A stretch of 64,000 nt of DNA from an uncultured Acidobacteriota bacterium (GCA_963734155.1 CAVTGG010000017.1:131705-195704); one strand, 5' to 3'. Counted from the first letter of the stretch, positions 52,858 through 63,937 are shown. The notes: generated by a model from the sequence alone, not told the origin. Made by a program: numbers and translations.

Positions 52858-55800
52858 ATGACGATCACCGCAGAACAGCGCCAGGTCGACCTCGTCGACC
52901 GGCTCGCGGCGGAGGCGGCCAAGCGCGTTTCACCCGAGCAGGCTGAGAGCGCCAGGCACTTCGTTCGCCGATATTTCGCACACGTCGCGCCCGACGACGT
53001 GATCTACACCTCCTTCGACACGCTCCTCGGCGGCGCGCTGTCGCTCTGGGAGTTCGGCGCGCAGCGCACGCCCCACGTTCCGAAAATCCGTCTCTTCAAT
53101 CCGACGCTGGAGAAGAACGGCTTCGAGACCGAGCACACGGTCGTCGAGATCGTGAACGACGACATGCCGTTCCTCGTCGACTCCGTGACCGCGGAGTTCA
53201 ATCGCCGCGACCGCAAGATCCATCTCCTCCTGCATCCGATCATCCACGCGCGGCGCGACGCGTCGGGCAACCGCCTCGAAGTCGTCGACACCGGCAGCGC
53301 CGGCACGAGCGCGATGGTCGAGTCGTACATGCACGTCGAGATCGATCAGGAGACCGAGGCCGGCGAGCTCGAGTCGATGCGCGCGGCGCTGGAGAACATC
53401 CTCCATCAGGTCCGTCTCGCCGTCGCCGACTGGCGCACCATGCGCCAGCGCCTCACCGACGACATCGCCGAGCTCGAGACCGCGGCACTGCCGATGCCCG
53501 CCGAAGAAGTGCAGGAAGCGAAGGCCTTTCTGCAGTGGCTCGACAACGGCCACTTCATCTTCCTCGGCTATCGCCGCTACACCTTCGAAACGCGCGACGG
53601 CGCCGACTACAACAAGCCCGTGCCCGAAACGGGCCTCGGCATCTCGCGCGAGATCCGCAACGAGACGATCGAGAACGCGCAGCGGCCGCTCCCCGCGACC
53701 GACAGCGAATACGCGCGCCGCAAAGACCTCATCATCATCACCAAGGCGAACCGCCGCAGCGCGATTCACCGCCCCGTGCGCATGGATCGCATCGGCGTCA
53801 AGCGCTACGACGAGCAGGGGAACCTGATCGGCGAGGATCGCTTCCTCGGCCTCTTCACCTCCGCCGCGTATCAACGCAGCGTGCGCGACATCCCGATGCT
53901 GCGCCTCAAGGCGAAGCGCGTCCTCGACCGCGCCGGCCTCGATCCGCATTCGCACAACGGCAAGGCCCTCGTCGACATCCTCGAGACCTTCCCGCGCGAC
54001 GAATTTTTCCAGATCACCGACAACGACCTCTTCGAGATCGGGCGCGGCATCCTGCTGCTGCAGGAGCGCCAGCGCGTCGCGCTCTTCACGCGCAAGGATC
54101 TCTTCGAGCGATTCGTCTCCTGCTACGTCTTCGTCCCGCGTGACCGCTACACGCCCGAGTTCAAGGAGCGCGCGAAGGCGATTCTCGAAGAAGCCTTCGC
54201 GGGCCGCGACACCGAGGTCTACGACCACATCACCAACTCGCCGCTCGCGCGCGGACTGTTCATCGTCCGCACGACGCCCGGTCAGCTGCCCGACGTCGAC
54301 GCGCGCCGCGTCGAGGCCTTCCTCGCCGACGCCGCCCGCACGTGGAGCGACAAACTCCTCGACGCGCTCGTGCAGGAGATGGGCGAGGAGATCGGCATCG
54401 ATCTCCACCATCGCTACAAAAAAGCGTTTCCGATGGCGTACTCGGAGCGCTTCTCCGCGAGCGCCGCGCTGTACGACATCGGCCACATCGAGCACGTGCT
54501 CGCGACGGGCGAGCTGGTCGTCGATCTCTACCGCCACCGCAGCGAGGAGCGGCAGTTCCACTGCAAGATCATTCACGCCGGCCCGCCGGTGCCGCTGTCG
54601 GAGATCATGCCGCGGCTCGAGAATATGGGCCTCAAAGTGCTGGCCGAGGAGCCGTTCGAGATACTGCCCCTCGGCGCGCACTACCCGGTGCGCATCCGCG
54701 ATTTCAGTCTCGACGCGGAAGGGATGCAGGACGATCTCACGCCGGTCAAAGAGAAATTTCAGGATGCGTTCATCCGCATCTGGACGCGGCAGGCCGAGAA
54801 CGACGGCTTCAATCGCCTCGTCCTCGGCGCGGAGCTCGAGTGGCACGAAGTGGTCATCCTGCGCGCGTACGCGAAGTACCTGCGGCAGGTCGGCGTCACC
54901 TTATCCGAGGCGTACATCCAGCAGACGCTCGCCAAACATCCCGGCGTCACGCGCAACATCATCCAACTCTTCAAGATGTACTTCGACCCGTCGATCGGCG
55001 ACGTCGGGCTGGGACGGAAAGGCGCCGGCCTCGGCATCCGCTCCCAGATCGAAGACGCGCTCGAGCGCGTCACCGCGCCGGATGAAGATCGCATCCTTCG
55101 CCTGTATGTGCGGCTGATCGAAGCGACACTGCGCACGAACTACTTCCAGCACGACGCGAACGGCGATCGCAAGCTCTACGTCTCCTACAAGCTCGACTCG
55201 AGCGCCGTGCCGGAGCTGCCGTCGCCGCGGCCGATGTACGAGATCTTCGTGTACGCGCCGTGGATGGAAGGCATCCATCTGCGCTTCGGCAAGGTCGCGC
55301 GCGGCGGCATCCGCTGGTCCGATCGCCGCGAGGATTTCCGCACCGAGATCCTCGGCCTGGTGAAAGCGCAGCAGGTCAAGAACGTCGTCATCGTGCCGGT
55401 CGGATCGAAGGGCGGATTCGTGGTCAAGAATCCGTCGGCCGATCGCGCGCTGTTCCAGCAGGAAGGCATCGAGTCGTACAAGACGCTGCTGCGCGGCATG
55501 CTCGACATCACCGACAACCTGCAGGGCGATCAGCTCGTCCCGCCGCGCGACGTCGTGCGCCGCGACAGCGACGATCCGTATCTCGTCGTCGCCGCCGACA
55601 AAGGCACGGCGACGTTCTCCGACATCGCCAACGGCATCTCCGCCGAATACGGCTTCTGGCTCGGCGATGCGTACGCGTCCGGCGGCTCCGTCGGCTACGA
55701 CCACAAGGCCATGGGCATCACCGCGCGCGGCGGCTGGGAGGCGGTCAAGCGCCACTTCCGCGAGCTCGGCATGGACACGCAGAGCGAAGACTTCACCTGC

Positions 55801-57684
55801 GTCGGCGTCGGCGACATGTCCGGCGACGTCTTCGGCAACGCGATGTTGCTCTCCCATCACATCAAGCTCCTCGGCGCGTTCAATCACTCGCACATCTTCG
55901 TCGACCCCGATCCCGATCCTTCGAACAGCTTCGCCGAGCGCAAGCGGATGTTCGACAACCGGCTGAACTGGAACGGCTACAACACGGAGCTGCTGTCGAA
56001 AGGCGGCGCAGTGTTCGAGCGCAGCGCGAAGACGCTCACGGTGTCGGACGAAGTGCAGGCGCTGTTCGAGCTGCCGAAGCGCACCGTGACGCCGGCGGAA
56101 CTGATGCGCGCGATCCTCCTCGCGCGCGCCGACCTGCTCTGGCTCGGCGGCATCGGCACATACGTGAAGGCGAGCTGGGAGGATCAAGGCGCGGCGCGCG
56201 ACCGCGCCAACGACGCGATTCGCGTGAACGGCAACGAGCTGCGCGTGCGGGTGGTGGGCGAGGGGGCGAACCTCGGATTCACGCAGCCCGCGCGCATCGA
56301 GTTCGGAATCGGCGGGGGGAAGATCAACACCGACGCCATCGACAACTCCGCCGGCGTCGATACATCCGACCACGAGGTCAACATCAAGATCGCGCTCTAC
56401 GACGCCATCGCGCGCGGCGAGCTCTCCGGCATCGACGAGCGCAACAAACTGCTCGCCGACATGACCGACGACGTGGCGAAGCTCGTGCTGCGCGACAACT
56501 ACGAGCAGACGCAGGCGATCTCCGTGACGCACGCGATCGGCGAGGCACAGCTCGACGCGCAGGCGCGCTTCATGCGCGGGCTCGAGAAAGCCAACAAGCT
56601 CGATCGCAAGATCGAGGCGCTGCCGGACGACGAGGCGATCGCCGACCGTCACGCCCAGAACCTCGGCCTCACGCGTCCCGAGCTCGCGGTGCTCCTCGCG
56701 TACGCGAAGCTCGTGCTCTATGAAGACCTGTTGAAGTCCGATCTGCCGGATGACTCGCAGCTCGTCGACGATCTCATTCTCTATTTTCCTGACGACCTGC
56801 GCACGCGGTACCGCGCGGCGATCGAGCGGCACAAACTGCGCCGCGAGATCATCGCCACCGTCGTCACGAACGCGATGATCAACCGCGTGCGGCCGACGCT
56901 GGCCTGGCAGATGTGCGACGAGACCGGCAAGCCGCCGGCCGACATCGCCCGCGCGTTCATCATCATGCGCGAGTCGTTCGACCTGCGCACGATCTGGGCG
57001 GAGATCGAGGCCCTCGACAACAAACTGCCGGCCAGCGTGCAGACCGACATGCTCATCTCCGTCGCCGGCCTGCTCGAGCGCGCGATCGGCTGGCTGCTGC
57101 GCAGCACGTACGAGAAGCTCGACATCGCCGCATACATCGCCGAGTTCCGCCCGCGCATCGCCGCGATCCAACAGAACCTCGGCGAGATCCTGCCGCAGTC
57201 GATGCTGCAGGCCGTGCGCGTGCGCGAGTCGGAGCTGACGGTCGATGGCATCCCCGAGGATCTCGCGCGCCGCGTGGCGAGCCTCGATGTGATGACGTCG
57301 GCGATGGACATCGTGCGCATCGCGCGTACCGACGCGGCGCATGGCGTCGAAGAAGTGGCGCGCGTCTACTTCGGCATCGGCGCGCGGTTGAGCCTCGACC
57401 GTCTTCGCAGCGCAACGGCGTCGATCCCGGCAGAGACGCCGTGGCAGAAGAGCGCGCTCAATTCGCTGGTCGATGATCTGTTCAACTACCAGAGCACGCT
57501 CGCCTCGCGCGTGATCGCCGAAACGAACGGCGCGCCGAATCCGGTCGACACCTGGCTCGCGTCGCGCCCGCGCGTCGTCGAGCGCGTCGATCAGACGATG
57601 AACGACCTCCGCTCGTCGTCGAGCGTCGATCTGGCGATGCTGACCGTCGCGTCGCGGCAACTGCGAGCGCTCGTGGAGTCGTGA
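52858..57684 (+). CDS. gdhB: NAD-specific glutamate dehydrogenase, large (about 180 kDa) form
   Basis: 1608 aa with the conserved catalytic core ...GGIRWSDRREDFRTEILGLVKAQQVKNVVIVPVGSKGGFV.... Confidence 0.95.
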   Translation: MTITAEQRQVDLVDRLAAEAAKRVSPEQAESARHFVRRYFAHVAPDDVIYTSFDTLLGGALSLWEFGAQRTPHVPKIRLFNPTLEKNGFETEHTVVEIVNDDMPFLVDSVTAEFNRRDRKIHLLLHPIIHARRDASGNRLEVVDTGSAGTSAMVESYMHVEIDQETEAGELESMRAALENILHQVRLAVADWRTMRQRLTDDIAELETAALPMPAEEVQEAKAFLQWLDNGHFIFLGYRRYTFETRDGADYNKPVPETGLGISREIRNETIENAQRPLPATDSEYARRKDLIIITKANRRSAIHRPVRMDRIGVKRYDEQGNLIGEDRFLGLFTSAAYQRSVRDIPMLRLKAKRVLDRAGLDPHSHNGKALVDILETFPRDEFFQITDNDLFEIGRGILLLQERQRVALFTRKDLFERFVSCYVFVPRDRYTPEFKERAKAILEEAFAGRDTEVYDHITNSPLARGLFIVRTTPGQLPDVDARRVEAFLADAARTWSDKLLDALVQEMGEEIGIDLHHRYKKAFPMAYSERFSASAALYDIGHIEHVLATGELVVDLYRHRSEERQFHCKIIHAGPPVPLSEIMPRLENMGLKVLAEEPFEILPLGAHYPVRIRDFSLDAEGMQDDLTPVKEKFQDAFIRIWTRQAENDGFNRLVLGAELEWHEVVILRAYAKYLRQVGVTLSEAYIQQTLAKHPGVTRNIIQLFKMYFDPSIGDVGLGRKGAGLGIRSQIEDALERVTAPDEDRILRLYVRLIEATLRTNYFQHDANGDRKLYVSYKLDSSAVPELPSPRPMYEIFVYAPWMEGIHLRFGKVARGGIRWSDRREDFRTEILGLVKAQQVKNVVIVPVGSKGGFVVKNPSADRALFQQEGIESYKTLLRGMLDITDNLQGDQLVPPRDVVRRDSDDPYLVVAADKGTATFSDIANGISAEYGFWLGDAYASGGSVGYDHKAMGITARGGWEAVKRHFRELGMDTQSEDFTCVGVGDMSGDVFGNAMLLSHHIKLLGAFNHSHIFVDPDPDPSNSFAERKRMFDNRLNWNGYNTELLSKGGAVFERSAKTLTVSDEVQALFELPKRTVTPAELMRAILLARADLLWLGGIGTYVKASWEDQGAARDRANDAIRVNGNELRVRVVGEGANLGFTQPARIEFGIGGGKINTDAIDNSAGVDTSDHEVNIKIALYDAIARGELSGIDERNKLLADMTDDVAKLVLRDNYEQTQAISVTHAIGEAQLDAQARFMRGLEKANKLDRKIEALPDDEAIADRHAQNLGLTRPELAVLLAYAKLVLYEDLLKSDLPDDSQLVDDLILYFPDDLRTRYRAAIERHKLRREIIATVVTNAMINRVRPTLAWQMCDETGKPPADIARAFIIMRESFDLRTIWAEIEALDNKLPASVQTDMLISVAGLLERAIGWLLRSTYEKLDIAAYIAEFRPRIAAIQQNLGEILPQSMLQAVRVRESELTVDGIPEDLARRVASLDVMTSAMDIVRIARTDAAHGVEEVARVYFGIGARLSLDRLRSATASIPAETPWQKSALNSLVDDLFNYQSTLASRVIAETNGAPNPVDTWLASRPRVVERVDQTMNDLRSSSSVDLAMLTVASRQLRALVES

Positions 57685-58778
57685 AACCACCGCCGCGACG
57701 ACTGATTCCGATCCTCGTCGCGGCGATCGCGTTGCTTTACGGCGCGTGGATTCTCCGCCAGGGAATCCTCTGGGGCGCGGACATCGACCGGCTCTCCCGG
57801 TGGGCCGACGCGCTGGTCGCGCATCACTTCAACTTCGCGTCCTTCCTGCACGACACGCGGTTCGTCGCGCCGCCGATTCTCTACCTCGGATTCATCACCG
57901 TCGTCGCGGTGGCCAAAGTCGTCGCCGGCAGCGACTGGCCGCTGCTGATCGTCGCTCTCAACTGGGCGGCGGTGATTCTGACCGCGTCGCTCGTGCTCAC
58001 GACGCTTCGCCGCGTAACCGCGTCCACGCTTGCCGTGATCGTCGCGGCGGTGCTGCTCGTGAATTTCGAGATGCTCCAGTTCACGTGCTTTCCGATGACG
58101 GACGTGCTCTTCCTCGGCATCGCGACCGTCGTGCTCGTGATGTCGCTGCGCGTCGCGGAGCAACCCTCCGCGCGCGCGATCCTCGGAGGAACCGCCGCGC
58201 TGCTGGTTGCGTGCATGTTCCGTCCCGCGGCCGCGCCGCTCGTTGTTGTGTGGGTTGTGGCGCTGCTCTGGCCGCGCATCGGTCTGCGCACGATCGCCGC
58301 GCTCATCGTCCTCGCCGTCCTGCTCTTCGCGGCGTTGATGCACGACGTCACGCTCTGGCCGTTCACCCTGTTGCGCGGTTGGGTCATCTACATCCACGGC
58401 AGCTACGCCAACGGCACGATCGTCACGGGACGCCCCGAAACATGGGTCGCGCCGCCGGTCTCGTACGTCGACTATCTCGCGATGATCGTGCGCCGCTGGC
58501 TCTCCTTCTTCGCGCCGACGATGACCGGCTATTCGACGCTGCACAAAGTCGCGAATCTTCTCTACTTCATTCCGGTCTATGGCCTCGCCCTCGCGGCCGT
58601 GTTTCTCCGTCGCAGCGCCGCGGCGACACTGCTCCTGATCGCGATCCTCGCGACGTCGGCGTTCCACGGAATGCAGGAAGTCGACTACGACCATCGCTAT
58701 CGCTTGCCGGTGCTGCCGCCGCTGATCCTGCTGGCGAGCATCGGGACCGTGGAGGTCGCGCGACGATGCGGTCGTTGA
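57681..58778 (+). CDS. Hypothetical polytopic membrane protein (possible glycosyltransferase accessory/GtrII-like)
   Basis: GTGA overlap with the gdh stop. About 9 TM helices. Its stop overlaps the downstream GT39 gene by 13 nt. Confidence 0.65.
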   Translation: MKPPPRRLIPILVAAIALLYGAWILRQGILWGADIDRLSRWADALVAHHFNFASFLHDTRFVAPPILYLGFITVVAVAKVVAGSDWPLLIVALNWAAVILTASLVLTTLRRVTASTLAVIVAAVLLVNFEMLQFTCFPMTDVLFLGIATVVLVMSLRVAEQPSARAILGGTAALLVACMFRPAAAPLVVVWVVALLWPRIGLRTIAALIVLAVLLFAALMHDVTLWPFTLLRGWVIYIHGSYANGTIVTGRPETWVAPPVSYVDYLAMIVRRWLSFFAPTMTGYSTLHKVANLLYFIPVYGLALAAVFLRRSAAATLLLIAILATSAFHGMQEVDYDHRYRLPVLPPLILLASIGTVEVARRCGR

Positions 58779-60223
58779 TTGCCGCCGTCCTGACGTACAT
58801 CGCCGTCTGCTTGTACATGGGTCTCTCGCTGCCGGGTCTGCAATATGACGAGGCGATTTTCGAGCATGGCGCGGTGGCCATGATCACCGGCGATCGGGCC
58901 CCCGATTTCGGGACGGTCGAGCGAACCTGGATCCCGCTTTTCGGGTGGCGCTTTCCTCTGATGGTGATCGAGTACGCAGGCGCGGCGAAGCACTATCTGC
59001 TGGCGATTCCTTTCGCCCTCTTCGGCACCGCGCCGGCCGTCGGCCGCATCGTTTCCATGCTCCTCGGCGCGATCGGCATCTTCGGCATCGGCCGCGCGCT
59101 GGGCGGACCCACGGGCGCGGCGGTCGCGTTCGTGCTCGCGATTCATCCCGAATACGTGTCGTGGACGATTTATGACAATGGCGGCACCGCGCTCTGGATG
59201 GCGAGCTGCGGCCTCGTCGCCCTCGCCTTGAGCCGCCTCGTGCACCGCGCCGATCGCTCGTCCGCATTTCTCCTCGGCGCCGCGATCGGCTTCGCCTTGT
59301 GGGGCCGCGCCAACTTCCTCTGGATCGTGACCGGCCTCGCCGCCGCATGGCTGATCACCGTTCGCAAAGCCATTCACGTCCCCAGCTTCGCGGCCGGATG
59401 CCTCGTTGGCGGCGCGCCGCTCGTGGTGTACGAACTGTTCACCCGCTTCGCCACGCTTCGCTTCACCCCGACGCCGGCGGGCGGGGCGCGGTTCGAGTAC
59501 GCACTCAGCGCGCTGGCCTACGACGGAGAGCGCGCCGGCATGTGGGGCGGGATCGCGCCGCCGCAGTGGCAGTTCATCGTCTTCGGCGTCGTCGTGCTCC
59601 TGTCGATGTTCGTTGCCCCGCGCTGGGCAACGATCGCGACGATCGTCGCTTACGCGTTCGCGTTCCTCACACCGCTGCCCGTGAATCCCCATCACTTCGC
59701 CGCGCTCTTGCCGCTCCCGGTCATCGTGGTGTGCCTGGCCGCCGCGCGGCTGTGGCATCGCGGACGGATCGCCGTCGTCGTGCTCGGCGTTGCCTACGCG
59801 GCGTTCGCGTTTTCCTGGAACCGCGCCGCGCACGAAGGACTCGCCGCTACGCATGGCGTGGGCATGTGGTCCGACGCCATCACGGACGTCAGCCGCGCGT
59901 TGGAGTCGAAGGGCCGCCACGTCGACATCGTCGATTGGGGACTCGCCAACAACCTCTATGTCCTCAGCCGGGGGAAGGTGCCGTTCCGTGAAGTCTTCTG
60001 GCGCGCGGACACGCAGTGGACGCCGCTCGTGAGCCGCGGCGGACTGTTCCTCCTGAACGCCCCCGGCAACACGCACTTCCAGCCCGCCGCGGCCGGCTTC
60101 ACGCGCGCGCTCGAAGAGACGGGCGCGCGCTTCTCCGTGACGACGTTCCGCCAGCGCAACGGCGCCGAATACGCGCGGTTGTATGACGTCGAGCCGCGAA
60201 GGACTAGCGCCGCTCCACGCTGA
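58766..60223 (+). CDS. GT-C glycosyltransferase family 39/PMT_2-like membrane protein
   Basis: First-loop LQYDEAIFEHGA (DE motif) and multiple TM helices. Confidence 0.75.
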   Translation: MRSLIAAVLTYIAVCLYMGLSLPGLQYDEAIFEHGAVAMITGDRAPDFGTVERTWIPLFGWRFPLMVIEYAGAAKHYLLAIPFALFGTAPAVGRIVSMLLGAIGIFGIGRALGGPTGAAVAFVLAIHPEYVSWTIYDNGGTALWMASCGLVALALSRLVHRADRSSAFLLGAAIGFALWGRANFLWIVTGLAAAWLITVRKAIHVPSFAAGCLVGGAPLVVYELFTRFATLRFTPTPAGGARFEYALSALAYDGERAGMWGGIAPPQWQFIVFGVVVLLSMFVAPRWATIATIVAYAFAFLTPLPVNPHHFAALLPLPVIVVCLAAARLWHRGRIAVVVLGVAYAAFAFSWNRAAHEGLAATHGVGMWSDAITDVSRALESKGRHVDIVDWGLANNLYVLSRGKVPFREVFWRADTQWTPLVSRGGLFLLNAPGNTHFQPAAAGFTRALEETGARFSVTTFRQRNGAEYARLYDVEPRRTSAAPR

Positions 60224-60602
60224 CCAGCGCGACATCCTGCCAGCCTGCCGCACGAATGGCGTCAAGGACGGCGACGACTTCGCCGTAAGGCACGCGCTTG
60301 TCGCCGCGCACGCCGATCGGACGCGACCCTTCCGTCGCATGCAGCTTCCGCAGCGCCGAAGCGACTTCCTCGCTGCGCACGATCAGCTTGTCCAGATACA
60401 CCGTCCCGTCGTCCTTCACTGTGATCGGAAACATGCGGTTCTCGGTGCCCGGGGCCTTGCTCGTCTCCGGCAACTGCACCGGCACGCCATGAATCATCGA
60501 CGGGAGGACGACCATGAAGATGATGAGCAGGACGAGACAGACATCGACGAGCGGAGTGACGTTGATCTCGGAGTTGAGCGCCGCCGAACGGATCGCGTGC
60601 AT
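60204..60602 (-). CDS. exbD: Biopolymer transport protein ExbD/TolR
   Basis: AGGAGG RBS. MHAIRSAALNSEINVTPLVDVCLVLLIIFMV TM plus a periplasmic domain. Confidence 0.8.
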   Translation of the reverse strand: MHAIRSAALNSEINVTPLVDVCLVLLIIFMVVLPSMIHGVPVQLPETSKAPGTENRMFPITVKDDGTVYLDKLIVRSEEVASALRKLHATEGSRPIGVRGDKRVPYGEVVAVLDAIRAAGWQDVALVSVERR

Positions 60603-60657
60603 GAAGTGCCTCCTGATGCGTTGGACACGAGGAGGCGGCGGCGCGAAACTCGGTCGT

Positions 60658-61929
60658 TCAGCGTGACGCCGCAAACAACTCGCGCCCGCACTGCACCGCA
60701 GTGAGTTTCTTTTCTTCGACGCGCAAGAGGATGTCCGGCTCGGCGGCGAACCGCCAGGTGTTGCTGCCCGCGCGTTCGAGCACCGCATCGGTCTCGCCGC
60801 GTTGATAGTGCAGCGCGCCGTCGACGGCCGCGAGCACGCGTTTCGATCCGTCTTCGCTCACGTACGTCCCCGTGAATGGGGACAAATCGGATGCCGATGC
60901 AGGCTTCTCATCGAGCCGCGGATACGCGAGGCCGAACAGCAGCGACGCGAGATCGCACGCCGTCGCGCGGACGGGCTCGGACTCGACATTGCTCAGGACG
61001 ATGATGGTGAGATCCGAGTCGGGATAGTGCACGAGGAACGAGGCGAAGCCGTTCGTCCCGCCGCGGTGGTTGTAGACGGCGCGGTCGAAGTGCCGCGTGA
61101 TCTGCCAGCCATAGCCGTAATCCGCGCGCACCGGCGTCAGCATGGATTTCGTGAGCTCCGCGGGGAGAAGGGAGCGATCGAAGAGCGCGGTCGCGAATGC
61201 GCCGAGGTCCGCGGTCGTGGAAAGGAAACCGCCGGCGGAAAACGCGCCGTCGTCTTTGTAGGCGATGTTGCGAAGCGCGCCTTGCCGCAGATCGTACCCG
61301 CGCGCGCGCCGCGGAACGATCGCCCAGACGTCGTCGTAGCGCGTGTCGGGCATCGACGCCGGGATCAGGACCGAGTCGCGAATGAGGTCGAGCCACGGCC
61401 TGCCCGCCGCTTTTTCCATCACGTACGCGAGCAGCAGGTAGCCGAAGTTGCTGTAGCGATAGGTCTCGCCCGGAGTCGTCTTCGGGCGAACGTCGGGCTG
61501 CGTGGCGAGATACCGATCGAGCACCGGCACGAGCTCCGGCCCGGGCCCGCTCGGAACGTCGCCGAATCGGTCGGGGATGCCGGACGTGTGGCTGAGCAGA
61601 TGGGCGACGGTCACGCCTTCCCACCCGGCGGGGCAGGGAGAGAAATGGCGGCAAATCGCGTCGGACAGAGTGAGCTGCTTCAGCGCGGCCGCCGATACGA
61701 TCGGCTTCGTCAGCGAGCCGATTCGATAAATCGTGTCGTTGCGATTCGGCGCATGCTGTTCGACGTCCGCGTCGCCATAGCTCCGCGCGAAAATCGTTTT
61801 TCCATGTTGCATCACGCGCACGCTGCCGCTGAACGGGCGGACCGACTGCCGCCGCGCGAAGTAGCGTTCGAGATCGGACGTCGCGCAACGCGGCAGTGCA
61901 ATCAGAGCGAAGAGGAGCGCGTACTTCAC
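60658..61929 (-). CDS. Serine hydrolase, beta-lactamase/PBP4-like
   Basis: Signal peptide, SLTK (SxxK) and YSN (YxN) motifs. Confidence 0.8.
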   Translation of the reverse strand: MKYALLFALIALPRCATSDLERYFARRQSVRPFSGSVRVMQHGKTIFARSYGDADVEQHAPNRNDTIYRIGSLTKPIVSAAALKQLTLSDAICRHFSPCPAGWEGVTVAHLLSHTSGIPDRFGDVPSGPGPELVPVLDRYLATQPDVRPKTTPGETYRYSNFGYLLLAYVMEKAAGRPWLDLIRDSVLIPASMPDTRYDDVWAIVPRRARGYDLRQGALRNIAYKDDGAFSAGGFLSTTADLGAFATALFDRSLLPAELTKSMLTPVRADYGYGWQITRHFDRAVYNHRGGTNGFASFLVHYPDSDLTIIVLSNVESEPVRATACDLASLLFGLAYPRLDEKPASASDLSPFTGTYVSEDGSKRVLAAVDGALHYQRGETDAVLERAGSNTWRFAAEPDILLRVEEKKLTAVQCGRELFAASR

Positions 61930-61930
61930 G

Positions 61931-63937
61931 TCAGTCGTCGGTGAACACGTCGCTCAGCACGCGCGCGAACGCGTTCGCGGGCGGGAGGCCGATGCGGTAG
62001 GTTTCGTTCGGCATCTCGTAGCGGAAGACGACGCGGCCGTTCTTCGTGACGGTGCCGCGGCCTTCGCGGGTCTTGCGTCCGCGGCCGATGCCTTCGACTT
62101 TTCCGTCGAAGCGGATGACGACGCCGGCGTTGTCGGCGACGCGGATGAATGGGACTTCGTCCTTCATCGCCTCGATCAGCACCTGCTCGAGCGCGCCTCC
62201 GTGAATCTCGACCGCCTTCACGCCGCGCAGCAGCTGGCGCGCGTGCTCGAGGGCGCGGTCGTTCGCGTCGGCGTCGTCGCTGCCGTCGACGTAGGTTTCT
62301 ACCGAGGAGGTCGAGTACACGGGCGGCGGTGGCGGCTCTTCCTCGCGCTGTTTTACCGGCGGCTTCTCCACCACGACGGGCGGTTTTTCGACGACGACCG
62401 GCGGCTTGTACGTGGTGGTGGCGGGCGGTGCGGCGGTGGTCGTCGTGATCGGCGCGGACAACACCGGCGACTGCGTGGTCGTCGTCTCGATGATCTGCGG
62501 CGCGGTGTCGGTCGGGACGACGTTCACCGACGCCTCGGCGACTGTGGCCTGCGGCGCTTGCGTGGTCGTCGTTACGGGCGGGGGAGCCGTCTCCGTCACG
62601 GGCGGCTTCGACGCGATCATCGACTTCACCTTCGGCCACAGCAGCAACCCGCCGCCGGCGATCGCGGCGAATCCGATCAGCAGGACGCCGAGCACGACCC
62701 AGATCGGCTTGATGCCCTGCTCCATCTTCGGCTGCGGGACATCGGTGACGATGGGCGGCGGCGCGGCGAAATTCTGCGCGGGAAGGGGAGTCAACAGCGT
62801 CGCCGCCGCGGTGACCGCGGCAGGAGCGGGCGCGAACGGTTGCGATGGAGGAGGAGGCGGAGGAGGCGTCGGCGATTCGGTGCGGACGGTCTCGCGATGC
62901 AGCGTGTCGATCTCCACCTGCTGCGATTTCATCCGCATCGTTTCGTCGCCATCGAGGGGCAGCGCCATCGTCGGCATGGCCCTCGGGTCGGGCAACGCGC
63001 GCTCGATCTCTTCGAGCGCTTTGGCGAACTCCTTCGCGCTGCCGTAACGCAGATCGCGGGTGCGCGCCAACGCGCGCTTCAGCACTTCCTGAATCGCGGC
63101 GTTGCCCGGCATGTCCTGCGGCAGCGCGCTGATCGCCGCTTCCTGCTCGCGCGTGTGAATCAAAAAGTACTCGTGCGGCGACTTCGCTTCATACGGCGGG
63201 CGTCCGGTGAGCAATTCGTACAGCACCATGCCCGCTGCATAGACATCCGCGCGGCCGTCGATCTTCTCGCCTTCGTTGAGAATGCCGAGCTGCTCGGGCG
63301 ACGCGTAGCGCAGTTTGCCGACGAAGATACCGGTGCGCGTCGCGTTCACTTCCGCGACGTCGTCGACCTTCGCCACGCCGAGGTCGATGATCTTCACCGT
63401 CCCGTCGCGCGTGATCATGAGGTTCTCGGGGCTGACGTCGCGATGAATGATGCCCGCGCGATGGATGGCGTCGAGGCCGTTCAGCGTCTGGATGAGGATT
63501 CCGATCGCTTCCTTCGGCGGCAGCGTTCCGCGCGTGCGCAGTTTCTGCGCGAGATTCTCGCCGTCGATGAACTCCGACACCATGTAGGTCGAGCCGTCGG
63601 GCAGCGCGGCGAAGTCGTACATCGTGGCGACATTCGGGTGCGTGACTTTCGTCGCCGCGCGCGCCTCGCGGAGGAAGCGGTCCTGCGCGTCCTTGTTCTC
63701 CGAGATCTGCGGATGCACGACCTTGATGACGCGCGTCGCGCCGAGGTATTTGTGCGTGGCCTTGAAGACCTGGCCCATGCCGCCCGCGCCGAGGCGCTCG
63801 ACGATCTCGTACTTGCCGTCGAGCAGATTGCCGGTGTACTGGCGGGTGAACTCGGTGACGACTTCGCCGCAATGCGGGCAGGCCCGGAAGGCCGAGTCGA
63901 TCTCAGCTTTGCAACGGAGGCAGCGGAACGAGGACAT
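61931..63937 (-). CDS. Ser/Thr protein kinase with an N-terminal zinc ribbon, Pro-rich linker, TM segment and C-terminal periplasmic domain
   Basis: CLRCKAEIDSAFRACPHCG. Kinase motifs GAGGMGQVFKA, HRDVSPEN and DLGVA. Confidence 0.9.
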   Translation of the reverse strand: MSSFRCLRCKAEIDSAFRACPHCGEVVTEFTRQYTGNLLDGKYEIVERLGAGGMGQVFKATHKYLGATRVIKVVHPQISENKDAQDRFLREARAATKVTHPNVATMYDFAALPDGSTYMVSEFIDGENLAQKLRTRGTLPPKEAIGILIQTLNGLDAIHRAGIIHRDVSPENLMITRDGTVKIIDLGVAKVDDVAEVNATRTGIFVGKLRYASPEQLGILNEGEKIDGRADVYAAGMVLYELLTGRPPYEAKSPHEYFLIHTREQEAAISALPQDMPGNAAIQEVLKRALARTRDLRYGSAKEFAKALEEIERALPDPRAMPTMALPLDGDETMRMKSQQVEIDTLHRETVRTESPTPPPPPPPSQPFAPAPAAVTAAATLLTPLPAQNFAAPPPIVTDVPQPKMEQGIKPIWVVLGVLLIGFAAIAGGGLLLWPKVKSMIASKPPVTETAPPPVTTTTQAPQATVAEASVNVVPTDTAPQIIETTTTQSPVLSAPITTTTAAPPATTTYKPPVVVEKPPVVVEKPPVKQREEEPPPPPVYSTSSVETYVDGSDDADANDRALEHARQLLRGVKAVEIHGGALEQVLIEAMKDEVPFIRVADNAGVVIRFDGKVEGIGRGRKTREGRGTVTKNGRVVFRYEMPNETYRIGLPPANAFARVLSDVFTDD

